Sequence record: DRR723986_1318
Reading direction: 5' to 3' (one strand)
Length of the DNA stretch: 38,028 bases
Below are positions 1-8,739 of the stretch, in pieces. The notes under the pieces were generated by a model. The model worked only from the letters and a program-made list of their open reading frames with translations. It was not told the DNA's origin and searched no databases. Numbering within the stretch: position 1 is the stretch's first letter; the number at the start of each line of letters is the position of its first letter. Made by a program: the position numbers and the translations under genes.

Positions 1-1
1 G

Positions 2-2164
2 GGCGGCATTCAGGTATTGCGCGGACCCCAGGGTACGCTATTTGGTAAGAACACCACCGGCGGAGCGATGTTGTTGACGCTCGCCAAGCCCAGTGACGAA
101 GATGAAACCATTGTTGAACTTGGTGCGGCCTCCCACCGGCGCGTGCAAGGCAAGGTGGTCAATGGCTTTACCTTGTCGGAAAACCTTCACGCCCGCCTAG
201 CCTTGTCGGCCATTACCGACGATGGCTACCTGAAAGATGTTAACGGCCAGAAGTTTTCCACGAATAATCGTCAGTCGCTTATTGGCCAGCTTCGCTGGAC
301 ACCGGCTGATAATCTTCTGAACGACACTTTCTTGTACTTCGGCAATATCAATGAAACCCGGCCTGGCCGGCACTGTAATTTGTCTGATGATAACGGCCTC
401 TTTATTCGCGGCCTGTATGTCATGTTCCCCGGCGACACAGACCCAAGTAACCCCACCGCCTGGAATGAAAATTGTTTGGAAAATTCGATTGACCGTTTGG
501 GGCGCGACACGGTGTCGCTGGGTGATGCGCCCAATGAATATCGCTTCCGTTCTGTGATGCTCGGGAACACTCTGGAGTTAGAGCTCGACTCTGGAGATGT
601 GCTCAAGTTTATTCTCGGTAGCCAATACTCGGTAGAGGAGCCTCACCAGGTCAGTGATTCCGACGCGGGGCCAGCGGAGTTCCTTGAAGCATTCACTATT
701 GATGATAGTGAGCGTTACGTAAACAGCCTCGAGTTACAGCTAACAGGCACCATGTTTGACGAGCGCATGAGTTACTCGACTGGGCTTTACGCGATGGTCG
801 AGTCTCTCAACGACAGCTTTGTTAATTTCACTAGCCTGGTTGGCCTTGATCTCCAAACACTCGGCGCAATGGGGCTGGGGCAGCGTCCATCACAGCCCAC
901 GCCTATGGGAACGGTGCCCGTTGTCGGTGTGCTGGCGGGCCCGCTTGCTGAGTCTGTCTTTGAATTAGATAACCAGACCTATGGCGCTTATTTTCAAGGT
1001 GTTTTTGATGTAACAGAGAACATCCAGTGGACATTTGGTGGCCGCTATACCGTTGAAACCCGCTCTACTGACCAGGTATTCACCGGCTCAGACATAGATG
1101 CCATCAGTGCGCGTATTGCGCTTTCACCGCAATTTGGCCCAGCCGTTGCGCCGGGCTTCCATCCGTTTTTGGGGTCGTGGGCGCAAGATCCTGTCAGCAT
1201 CGCCGCGTCATTGTTCACTGATGAGGACGGCGATGGAATCATCGACTTCCCAATGGATCGGGACAATGCCGTAGTGCAAAAAGAGAAAGTCACCTTCCGG
1301 GAGTTCTCGCCGATGACGTCACTGTCCTATGTGTTCGACGGAGAATGGATGGAAGATTCTGTCGTCGACTCTCTGATGGCATACGCGACATGGAGTAACG
1401 GATTTAAGTCGGGCTTCTTCGAGCCTAAAGGCGCCGACGGCTTGAAATTTATCGAGCCAGAGGAAGTGGAGAATATTGAGTTGGGTATTAAGTCTGACTG
1501 GTTTGGTCGCCGCTTGCGCAGCAACTTGTCTATTTACAATATGGATTACAAGCAGATTCAGTTGCTGCAGATTTCCACCGATAGAAATAACAACCTTCAA
1601 GTCACCATGGACAATGCCGGTGCGGCGACGATCAAAGGCGTGGAGCTGGAGATGACCTGGCTGCCGACACCGCGACTGATGATGCAGTTTAGCTACAGTC
1701 GTAATGACTATAGCTACGACGAGTTCACCGACCTTGAATTAATTCCCCTGGCAATTAATGGCACCAGGGTGCCTGTCGACCGCTCCGACGAAAGTTTTGC
1801 AATTGTGCCCGAGCAGACGGCGTACCTCGGTGTTCAGTACGAGTTCAAGACGGACTACGGCCGCATCGTGCCGAGGGTTGATGTTAGCTACAAAGATAAA
1901 ATTTATTACGGCATAGACCGTAAGTCCTGGGAGGCCTACAAGCGTGACGAGAGTCGCGGAGGCGTCCCATCTAGTACCGTAGCCAATGCCATGGTTACTT
2001 GGTTCTCTGATAGCGGTGACTTTAGCGTGACGGGTTATGTTCGCAACTTCACTGATGAAGCCTACCCCGAGGGAGGTTCGGCGACAGCAGAAACCCTCGG
2101 TAATTTTGTTGTTACCCCCGGTGAACCACGCGTTTACGGGATCGAATTCAGAAAAGTTTTTTAA
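2..2164 (+). CDS. TonB-dependent outer-membrane receptor (5'-truncated by window edge)
   Basis: Frame is open from base 2 (GGIQVLRGPQGTLFGKNTTGGA, the TBDR plug motif); contains GFKSG and ENIELGIK barrel motifs; ends in a C-terminal Phe (EFRKVF). Confidence 0.95.
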   Translation, partial: GGIQVLRGPQGTLFGKNTTGGAMLLTLAKPSDEDETIVELGAASHRRVQGKVVNGFTLSENLHARLALSAITDDGYLKDVNGQKFSTNNRQSLIGQLRWTPADNLLNDTFLYFGNINETRPGRHCNLSDDNGLFIRGLYVMFPGDTDPSNPTAWNENCLENSIDRLGRDTVSLGDAPNEYRFRSVMLGNTLELELDSGDVLKFILGSQYSVEEPHQVSDSDAGPAEFLEAFTIDDSERYVNSLELQLTGTMFDERMSYSTGLYAMVESLNDSFVNFTSLVGLDLQTLGAMGLGQRPSQPTPMGTVPVVGVLAGPLAESVFELDNQTYGAYFQGVFDVTENIQWTFGGRYTVETRSTDQVFTGSDIDAISARIALSPQFGPAVAPGFHPFLGSWAQDPVSIAASLFTDEDGDGIIDFPMDRDNAVVQKEKVTFREFSPMTSLSYVFDGEWMEDSVVDSLMAYATWSNGFKSGFFEPKGADGLKFIEPEEVENIELGIKSDWFGRRLRSNLSIYNMDYKQIQLLQISTDRNNNLQVTMDNAGAATIKGVELEMTWLPTPRLMMQFSYSRNDYSYDEFTDLELIPLAINGTRVPVDRSDESFAIVPEQTAYLGVQYEFKTDYGRIVPRVDVSYKDKIYYGIDRKSWEAYKRDESRGGVPSSTVANAMVTWFSDSGDFSVTGYVRNFTDEAYPEGGSATAETLGNFVVTPGEPRVYGIEFRKVF

Positions 2165-2180
2165 TAGACCTGTTTCCGGC

Positions 2181-2199
2181 AGTGGCTCGACGAGCCACT
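2181..2199. repeat. Perfect intergenic inverted repeat / stem-loop
   Basis: AGTGGCTCG-A-CGAGCCACT between the receptor stop and the amidohydrolase RBS; no U-tract follows. Confidence 0.5.
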
Positions 2200-2234
2200 A
2201 CGCGTGGTCAACCATTTAAACCAGGAGTACGAAG

Positions 2235-3452
2235 ATGAGTCTTGAGCCGTATACCCTCATTACTGCAGACAGCCACGCGGGTGGCAGCATAGATCAATAC
2301 CGAGAATACCTTGAGCCGAAATATCAAAAGGCATTCGATGAGTGGCGGAGTGGCTATAAAAATCCGTCGCGTAACCACGTTGGGAAAAAGAAAAACAAAA
2401 ACTGGGACGGCGAGGAGCGTAACGCCGACCAAAACGGGCAGGGCGTTGTTGGCGAGGTAATTTATCCGAATACGCTGCCACCCTTTTTCCGTGAGAGTAT
2501 TGTTACCGCGCAGCCGCCGCGCCCTGAAAACTTCGAGTACTGCCTGCAGGGTATCCGTGCCCATAACCGCTGGCTGAAAGACTTTTGTGACGAAGACCCA
2601 GATCGCAGAGCGGGCGTGGGTTTGATATTGCCGAACAGCATTGAAGAGGCAATCAAAGACGTAGAGTGGATTGCAAAAGCGGGTTTGCGTGGCGGTATTC
2701 TGCTGCCGTTAATTCCCGAGGACTGTACCTGGCTGAAGCCACTTTATCACCCGGACTGGGACCCCTTGTTCGCTGCAATCCAGGACTGTGATTTGGTTAT
2801 GAATCAGCACTCAGGCCAGGGTTTGCCGAACTATGGTAAGGGCGCTGTGGCCAGTGCCGTGTGGATGTCTGAAGTGGCCTACTTCGGCAAGCGCGGTTAC
2901 AGCCACCTTCTGCTTAGCGGCGTGTTCGAGCGCTACCCTAACCTGAAGTATATTTTGACCGAATCCGGTTGCTCATGGGCGCCGGCCGTACTGAGCCTGT
3001 TGGACAAGATACATTACGGTGCGAAGGCGGGGTCGCTTGGCGAGGTGGAGTTCAAGTCAGAAGATTGGGTACTTAAAGAGCCGCCCAGCTATTACGCGCA
3101 ACGCAATTGTTATTACGGCGCCAGCTTCCCCAGTATTGAAGAGCTACAGGGCAGCGAGCATGTCACTGTTGATCAAATCTGTTGGGGCAACGACTATCCG
3201 CATTACGAGGGTACTTTCCCATACAACATTGAATCGTTGCAGCTGACCTTCCCTGAGGTATCGGAAAGCGACCGCCGGAAAATTTTTGCTGAAAACGCGG
3301 CGCGCTTGTACAAGTTCGATCTTGAAAAACTGAAGCCGCTCGCTCAGAAATACGGCCCAACCGCAGAGATGATTAACCAGCCACTAAAAGAGATTCCCAA
3401 AGACTCTGGCTGCTATTTATTCGTCAATGCGCGGGAATCTCAGTACGCCTGA
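2235..3452 (+). CDS. Amidohydrolase family protein (Amidohydro_2, TIM barrel)
   Basis: ITADSHAG N-terminal metal motif, AHNRWL, NQH, ILTESG, WGNDYPH and ENAARLY motifs; RBS AGGAG at 2223-2227. Confidence 0.9.
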   Translation: MSLEPYTLITADSHAGGSIDQYREYLEPKYQKAFDEWRSGYKNPSRNHVGKKKNKNWDGEERNADQNGQGVVGEVIYPNTLPPFFRESIVTAQPPRPENFEYCLQGIRAHNRWLKDFCDEDPDRRAGVGLILPNSIEEAIKDVEWIAKAGLRGGILLPLIPEDCTWLKPLYHPDWDPLFAAIQDCDLVMNQHSGQGLPNYGKGAVASAVWMSEVAYFGKRGYSHLLLSGVFERYPNLKYILTESGCSWAPAVLSLLDKIHYGAKAGSLGEVEFKSEDWVLKEPPSYYAQRNCYYGASFPSIEELQGSEHVTVDQICWGNDYPHYEGTFPYNIESLQLTFPEVSESDRRKIFAENAARLYKFDLEKLKPLAQKYGPTAEMINQPLKEIPKDSGCYLFVNARESQYA

Positions 3453-3478
3453 TTCCCCGCCCCTCTATTCCTGCGATT

Positions 3479-3511
3479 CCCCGCCTGGCATGCCGTCAGG
3501 CGGGGCTTTTT
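3479..3511 (+). terminator. Rho-independent terminator
   Basis: Stem CCCCGCCTG/CAGGCGGGG followed by CTTTTT, just after the amidohydrolase stop. Confidence 0.8.
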
Positions 3512-3594
3512 GCGTGTCGTAGCGAAAGTTCAACGCCTGTATAAGCGCGTTCACGCTATTTTCGATGCTCCCCTGTGGAGGTGTGAAAGTTAAC

Positions 3595-3623
3595 TTGCAA
3601 AAAACTAACTAACGTGTAAGTTA
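3595..3623 (+). promoter_or_regulatory. Putative sigma70 promoter overlapped by a TetR-type operator palindrome
   Basis: TTGCAA (3595-3600), 16 nt spacer, TAAGTT; imperfect palindrome TAACTAACGTGTAAGTTA at 3606-3623, upstream of the tetR gene. Confidence 0.5.
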
Positions 3624-3691
3624 TATAAAGTCGTTATGAAATTAACCCATGGCGACACGAGAATGAGACACGTAATTAGGTAGCCGAAGCA

Positions 3692-4360
3692 TTGACTAAA
3701 ACGACTGATACGCAGACCGCTGGCCAGCGCGACCCCGCCCCAAAAGGGCGCCGAGTGGGGCGCCCGGCGGGCAGTCGACGAGAGGAAACCATTGCGCGTA
3801 TTCGACACAGTGCGATGCATATTTTTACGGCGAAAGGCTATGCCGCGACCTCATTTAAGGACATTGCCAAAGACATTCATGTAACACCGGCCACGCTGTA
3901 TCAGTACTTTGATTCGAAGCTCGCGCTGTATGTGTCGTTGTTCGATGAAATTTTTGATGACCTAAGGCCGCGCTACGAACGTGTGTTCTCACAGCGGGGT
4001 CACTTGCGGGATCAGCTGTGCAATTTGATGACAGAGACACTGGATAGCTATGCATCGCACCCGGAGTATTCGCCTTTCCTTGCTGGCGCAACAATCGATA
4101 TTGTCCGGGACAGCGAGCTGCGTGAAATGTTTTCACATCGCAACGGTACGCTGAACGACAGGCTCGTGAGCGTATTTGAATCGGCAAAACAACGCGGTGA
4201 ATTACCGCTCGAGCTCGACAGCGAGGACATCGCCTCGGCATTCCTGGGGGCATTGATGGGAATTATTTGGCGGCAGAGAGGGCGCCAGGTTGGCTCGGCA
4301 GAAAAAGCGATCAATATCTTCGTGATGCTAATCGAGAACCGATTGTTTCACAAAGTATAA
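3692..4360 (+). CDS. TetR/AcrR family transcriptional regulator
   Basis: GRP...SAMHIFTAKGYAATSFKDIAKDIHVTPATLYQYFDSK HTH signature; TTG start, exact start uncertain. Confidence 0.93.
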   Translation: MTKTTDTQTAGQRDPAPKGRRVGRPAGSRREETIARIRHSAMHIFTAKGYAATSFKDIAKDIHVTPATLYQYFDSKLALYVSLFDEIFDDLRPRYERVFSQRGHLRDQLCNLMTETLDSYASHPEYSPFLAGATIDIVRDSELREMFSHRNGTLNDRLVSVFESAKQRGELPLELDSEDIASAFLGALMGIIWRQRGRQVGSAEKAINIFVMLIENRLFHKV

Positions 4361-4420
4361 GTAGTAAACGGGAGAATTTACGGGACGACGGCACAAAATA
4401 AAAAAGTCGGGAGGTAGATA

Positions 4421-5548
4421 ATGTCTATAAGAACTATGCCTGCTGAGCAAGCGCAAAAATTGCTCGCATCTGCACACAAATATGGCGCCGATGTTGATGA
4501 GTTGCTGGAATCAACGGGGCTTATATTGCCTAGGCAAGATGAACTGCACCCCCATGATTTGGCGGTGCCCGCAGACCTTTACTGTAAGCTGCTGCAAAAA
4601 GTCGCCTACGCCACTCATAAACATTGGTTCGGGCTACCGGGCACTGAGCGCGACCCCGTCGGCGGGTTCCGTATGCTGTGCCGGATAGTCGCCCACTGCC
4701 GAACGCTGGAGCAAGCCATTGCGCGTGCGACAGAATTTTACAGCCTGTATGGTTTGCCGGGCTGGGGTTTTACTCTTCGCCGCGACGGCGACCGTGCAAC
4801 GCTGAGTATATGTACCCAGGATATGGGGACGGCTCCGCAATTTAAAACCGTCCACTACATGTACATTCTGCATCGGTTCTGGGCATGGCTTAGTGGTCAG
4901 TACATGGATTTGCGCGAGGTAAACCTGGTGAGGAATCCCTGCCATAGCCTGGATGCCTACCGTGAGCTATTTGACTGCGAGATCCGGTTTAATCAGCAGG
5001 AGAATAGCCTGGTATTTGATAGTAGTTATCTCGATGCGCCAATGGTGCACTCCGAACAAGCCTTGATGGATTTTGTGGAAACGGCCCCCTACGAGCTGTT
5101 ACTGGCTCCGCAGGATAAGGATGACAGCATCACTGCCAAGATTCGCTATCTAATCGGTTCAGACTTTACCCGCCCGATGCCAAGCTTCGATGAAATTATC
5201 GATCGCTTGCATACGTCTGCGTCTACCTTGCGCCGCAAGTTAAAGCGTGAAGGAACCACCTACCAAAAAATTAAAGACGATGCGCGCCGAGAAGCGGCAA
5301 TGGCGTATTTAAAACGCAGTGATCTAAGCGTAACCACCAGCGCCTTTTTAATGGGTTTTGATGACCCGAGTGCGTTTACACGTTCCTTCAAGCGCTGGAC
5401 GGGCTTAGCGCCAAGCGAGTATCGGGCGCGGTATGTGTCGGCAGGTAAACGGACGGCCCGGGTATACCCAATTGAGTCGGCGAGCCCGGTATCACGCACG
5501 CTTAGTACTGGTCAGGTATTTCGTTCGGCTGGCTCTGGTTCCATATGA
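4421..5548 (+). CDS. AraC family transcriptional regulator (OruR/VqsM type)
   Basis: C-terminal STLRRKLKREGTTYQKIKD...MGFDDPSAFTRSFKRWTGLAPSEYR double HTH; N-terminal ligand domain; RBS GGAGGT. Confidence 0.93.
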   Translation: MSIRTMPAEQAQKLLASAHKYGADVDELLESTGLILPRQDELHPHDLAVPADLYCKLLQKVAYATHKHWFGLPGTERDPVGGFRMLCRIVAHCRTLEQAIARATEFYSLYGLPGWGFTLRRDGDRATLSICTQDMGTAPQFKTVHYMYILHRFWAWLSGQYMDLREVNLVRNPCHSLDAYRELFDCEIRFNQQENSLVFDSSYLDAPMVHSEQALMDFVETAPYELLLAPQDKDDSITAKIRYLIGSDFTRPMPSFDEIIDRLHTSASTLRRKLKREGTTYQKIKDDARREAAMAYLKRSDLSVTTSAFLMGFDDPSAFTRSFKRWTGLAPSEYRARYVSAGKRTARVYPIESASPVSRTLSTGQVFRSAGSGSI

Positions 5549-5628
5549 CAGGAAATCTCGACGTTTTAGCCCATACAGCGTGCTGGGGCCAACTTGTTAT
5601 GCTCGATGCATAACGGGGGAGAGTATGT

Positions 5629-6042
5629 ATGAGTGATAACGCGATATTGGCGCGGCTGCAGGCGAAAGAGGAAATTCGCGATCTGGTGGCTAGCTACTGC
5701 CATGCGATTGCAGCCGCCGATCTGGATAGCCTGATGCAGTTGTTTGCCGAACAGGCCTACATCAATGTAAATGTTGATGATGGCAAAGGCAGTTTTGGCA
5801 AAGTGGAAGGCAGGGAAGCCATGCGAGCCTTTTATAAGGATATGGTCGCGCTGGCGCCCAAACCATTCATCCACAACCACCTGATCGACATTGATGGCGA
5901 CAGAGCGACCGGGCGTTGCTCAGTGGAGATTCGTGGCTTGCCGGACGCGCTGTCCAGTAAAAATGGCGGCTACTACGAGGACCGCTATCTGCATGACGGC
6001 GAGTCCTGGAAGTTCGAAACCCGCAGCTATTTTCCCTACTGA
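5629..6042 (+). CDS. SnoaL-like / NTF2-fold protein
   Basis: EEIRDLVASYCHA...LFAE..., HNHLIDIDGDRATGR and YEDRY...WKFETR pattern; RBS GGGAGAG. Confidence 0.85.
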   Translation: MSDNAILARLQAKEEIRDLVASYCHAIAAADLDSLMQLFAEQAYINVNVDDGKGSFGKVEGREAMRAFYKDMVALAPKPFIHNHLIDIDGDRATGRCSVEIRGLPDALSSKNGGYYEDRYLHDGESWKFETRSYFPY

Positions 6043-6065
6043 TACACATCTTATTTGGACAGCTG

Positions 6066-8633
6066 ATGAATCGTACAATCACCAATAGTGGCCCCTTGGT
6101 CGGCCTGACCGTTGTGGACTTTGGGCATTACTATGCGGGACCGCTGGCGGCAATGCTGTTAGCTGACCAGGGAGCACGGGTAATTCGCGTGACCCAGCCG
6201 GGGTCGCCAGAGTTGCCGGACGAGCAGTATCGCGTCGTTAATCGCAATAAAACGCTGATCGAGCTCGACCTGAAAAGCGCGCAGGGTAAAGCCCGTGCAT
6301 TGCAGTTAGCAGCAGCGGCAGATGTCGTTATCGAGAATTTTCGGCCGGGAGTGATGGACCGCCTGGGCCTGGGTTGGGCATCGTTAAAAGCGGTCAATCC
6401 ATCCTTGATCTACCTTTCCTTGCCGGGGTTTTCAGCAGCCGATGTCGCTCGTCGCGAGATACAAGCCTGGGAGGGCGTGCTGTGTGCGGCAACGAGTTTG
6501 TATCGGATGGATATGCTGCGGGATAAGTTTAATTTCCCGCCGCACTATATGTCTTTGGCTCCCTGCTCCACGTTTGGTGCCATGCACGGTGCCGTCGCGG
6601 TATTAGCGGCATTGCATGCACGTAAGAGCGGTGCGGCTGGCCAGCTTATCGAAGCGCCGTTAGCAGCGGCGGGGCTGTCTACATGTGCGCGCAGTTTCGT
6701 GTTTCGCGGTGAAAGAATTCGCACTGGCGATGTTGTGCTATCCAATAAGCCCTTGCCGGATTCCATGAAAGTAATGGCCTTTGACGCGGCTGACGCTGCG
6801 GAGATTAGTGAAAAGAAATTAGCGGGCTTGTATCAGTTCTTGCCAAATAATTTCGTGACACATGCCTACCGGTCGAAAGATCGGCGGTTAATGATGTTTA
6901 TGCCCATTAAGCCCGAAATGGCGCAGCGCTTTTTTGATTACCTCGGCTTAACTCAAACCCTGGTTTCAGAGGGTTATGAAATTCTTTCGCCGTGGCAATC
7001 CCCGGTGCCAGCGAATGTTAAGAATCTCGCCAATGCGTGGGAGCTGGGTGAACACAATAAGTCGGTAATAGATCATATTCAGGCATTAGTCGGTGAGATG
7101 ACCGCAGAGGAATGCCAAAAGGCGATGCTTGAGGCCCGCATTCCCTTCTCGTACGTGCGTACCCGCGATGAATGGATGAATATCGCAGCGCTTGTGCGAG
7201 CGGGTATGTTTGTCGACATAGGCAGCGATGACAGAGCTCTGCGTGCGCCGGGGCGGGTAGTCGATGTGACCGGGCCGGACGGCCAGATGGCGCTGGATGA
7301 TTCCGCATTTCGCGAAGCGAGATCACTGACCTGGGAGCAACTGACCGCAGAGACGGATCTCGCGCCGGCGAGCCGGCCATCGGCGGCCACTGCGCGGGAA
7401 AAACATCAGCTGCTTGCGGGGGTAAAAGTTCTGGACCTGTGCAATGTCGTGGCGGGCCCAAATGCGGCATACACGCTTGCGCAATACGGTGCCGACGTCA
7501 TTCGTGTCGAACCCCCTAAGAGCTTTAATTTACCCATGCACCTTAGCTGGACGCTCGAGGTGAACCAGGGCAAGCGCAGTATGGTTTTGGATATTAAAAG
7601 CCAAGCGGGTAAAGCCGTCTTTGACCGCTTGGTTCGAGATGCCGATATTGTGCTTCATAACCGTTTGGACGACGTCGCCGCACAGTTGGGGTTATCAGAG
7701 GCGCAGCTTAAACGCATTAACCCTGCAGTTATTGTTTGCCAGGTCAGTGCGTTTGGCGCAAGCCTGAACAATGCCTGGGAACAGCAGCCGGGATATGACC
7801 CCAACCCGAATATGACCAGTGGGCTGGAGGCCTCGCGTGGCAGTGTGGAATCACCCAGCCAGATGATGGAGGTCCTTACCGATTTGATGGGGGGCTTAAG
7901 CCTGGCTTTTGGCGCACTGGTGGCATTGCGTCAGCGCGATGAGACTGGCTTCTCCGGTTTTGCCACGGGCTCGCTGGCGCGCGGCTGTAATTACTACCAG
8001 ATGCCGCAGATGATTCTCGGTCGTGATGAACAGAGCACAAGGCACTCGGGTTGGTTTGCGGTGGGCGAATCCCTGGGGCAGCGCATGTATGCCTGCGCCG
8101 ATCAACGGTGGATATTCGTTGGTGTGCGCCCCGGTGACGAGTCGCATCTCTGTGAATTGGTGGCCGGAGGCTCCACAGCGAGTGAAGCGGATCTGGCGCA
8201 CGCGTTTGCGAGTAAGGAGGCGCAGCACTGGTGCCGCCTGCTTCAGCATGCTGATATCGGTTGCCACATCGTGGTGGATATCGATGAGATCTGTCATGCC
8301 GAGCCTCTCGCAGAACTTAACAATCACGCCGCGACCATCTCCAAGGAAGCCACCTTCGATGTTGTGTGCCACCGCTATCACCCCTGTGGCCAGCCGCTGG
8401 TATTACCGCTGCCATCGTGGGTGCGCTGCGGTGATAATCGGCACTACCGAAAACTACAACCGGCGCCGAAAGTCGGCCAGCATACTCGTGTAATCTTGCA
8501 GGAGTTAGGCTATTCCGACGCGGAGGTCGAAGCGCTTTACCAGCAGAAAGTGGCTTGGGATTACCTGCCCGCTATCGGCAATAGCGAAGACTACTTTTTT
8601 GTGCAGGAAAAAGTCGCCGCGGAAACCGCCTAG
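6066..8633 (+). CDS. Tandem two-domain class III CoA-transferase (CaiB/BaiF), DddD-like architecture
   Basis: Two CaiB repeats (PLVGLTVVDFGHYYAGP..LADQGA..NRNK..ENFRPG and LAGVKVLDLCNVVAGP..LAQYGADV..NQGK..GYD); the catalytic Asp is present only in repeat 2 (LTDLMGG, D606). Confidence 0.9.
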   Translation: MNRTITNSGPLVGLTVVDFGHYYAGPLAAMLLADQGARVIRVTQPGSPELPDEQYRVVNRNKTLIELDLKSAQGKARALQLAAAADVVIENFRPGVMDRLGLGWASLKAVNPSLIYLSLPGFSAADVARREIQAWEGVLCAATSLYRMDMLRDKFNFPPHYMSLAPCSTFGAMHGAVAVLAALHARKSGAAGQLIEAPLAAAGLSTCARSFVFRGERIRTGDVVLSNKPLPDSMKVMAFDAADAAEISEKKLAGLYQFLPNNFVTHAYRSKDRRLMMFMPIKPEMAQRFFDYLGLTQTLVSEGYEILSPWQSPVPANVKNLANAWELGEHNKSVIDHIQALVGEMTAEECQKAMLEARIPFSYVRTRDEWMNIAALVRAGMFVDIGSDDRALRAPGRVVDVTGPDGQMALDDSAFREARSLTWEQLTAETDLAPASRPSAATAREKHQLLAGVKVLDLCNVVAGPNAAYTLAQYGADVIRVEPPKSFNLPMHLSWTLEVNQGKRSMVLDIKSQAGKAVFDRLVRDADIVLHNRLDDVAAQLGLSEAQLKRINPAVIVCQVSAFGASLNNAWEQQPGYDPNPNMTSGLEASRGSVESPSQMMEVLTDLMGGLSLAFGALVALRQRDETGFSGFATGSLARGCNYYQMPQMILGRDEQSTRHSGWFAVGESLGQRMYACADQRWIFVGVRPGDESHLCELVAGGSTASEADLAHAFASKEAQHWCRLLQHADIGCHIVVDIDEICHAEPLAELNNHAATISKEATFDVVCHRYHPCGQPLVLPLPSWVRCGDNRHYRKLQPAPKVGQHTRVILQELGYSDAEVEALYQQKVAWDYLPAIGNSEDYFFVQEKVAAETA

Positions 8634-8671
8634 TCATCCAGCTAAACGTTGCAGGCCTTTTTAGTCTGCAC

Positions 8672-8705
8672 AAAAAACCCCAGGTGGTTATTGCCTGGGG
8701 TTTTT
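8672..8705. terminator. Bidirectional rho-independent terminator
   Basis: AAAAAACCCCAGG-loop-CCTGGGGTTTTT between convergent genes. Confidence 0.9.
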
Positions 8706-8739
8706 CGTATCTGTGGTTTTATTTCAGCCATACTGCGCT

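Noticed and set aside
5430-5548. About 35-aa low-information tail after the AraC HTH as a separate domain or readthrough signal
   Set aside because: No motif; most simply a variable C-terminal extension overlapping the next promoter region
6066-8633. Naming the gene dddD
   Set aside because: The architecture matches, but the active-site neighbourhood is divergent and ancillary ddd genes are absent, so the function is unproven
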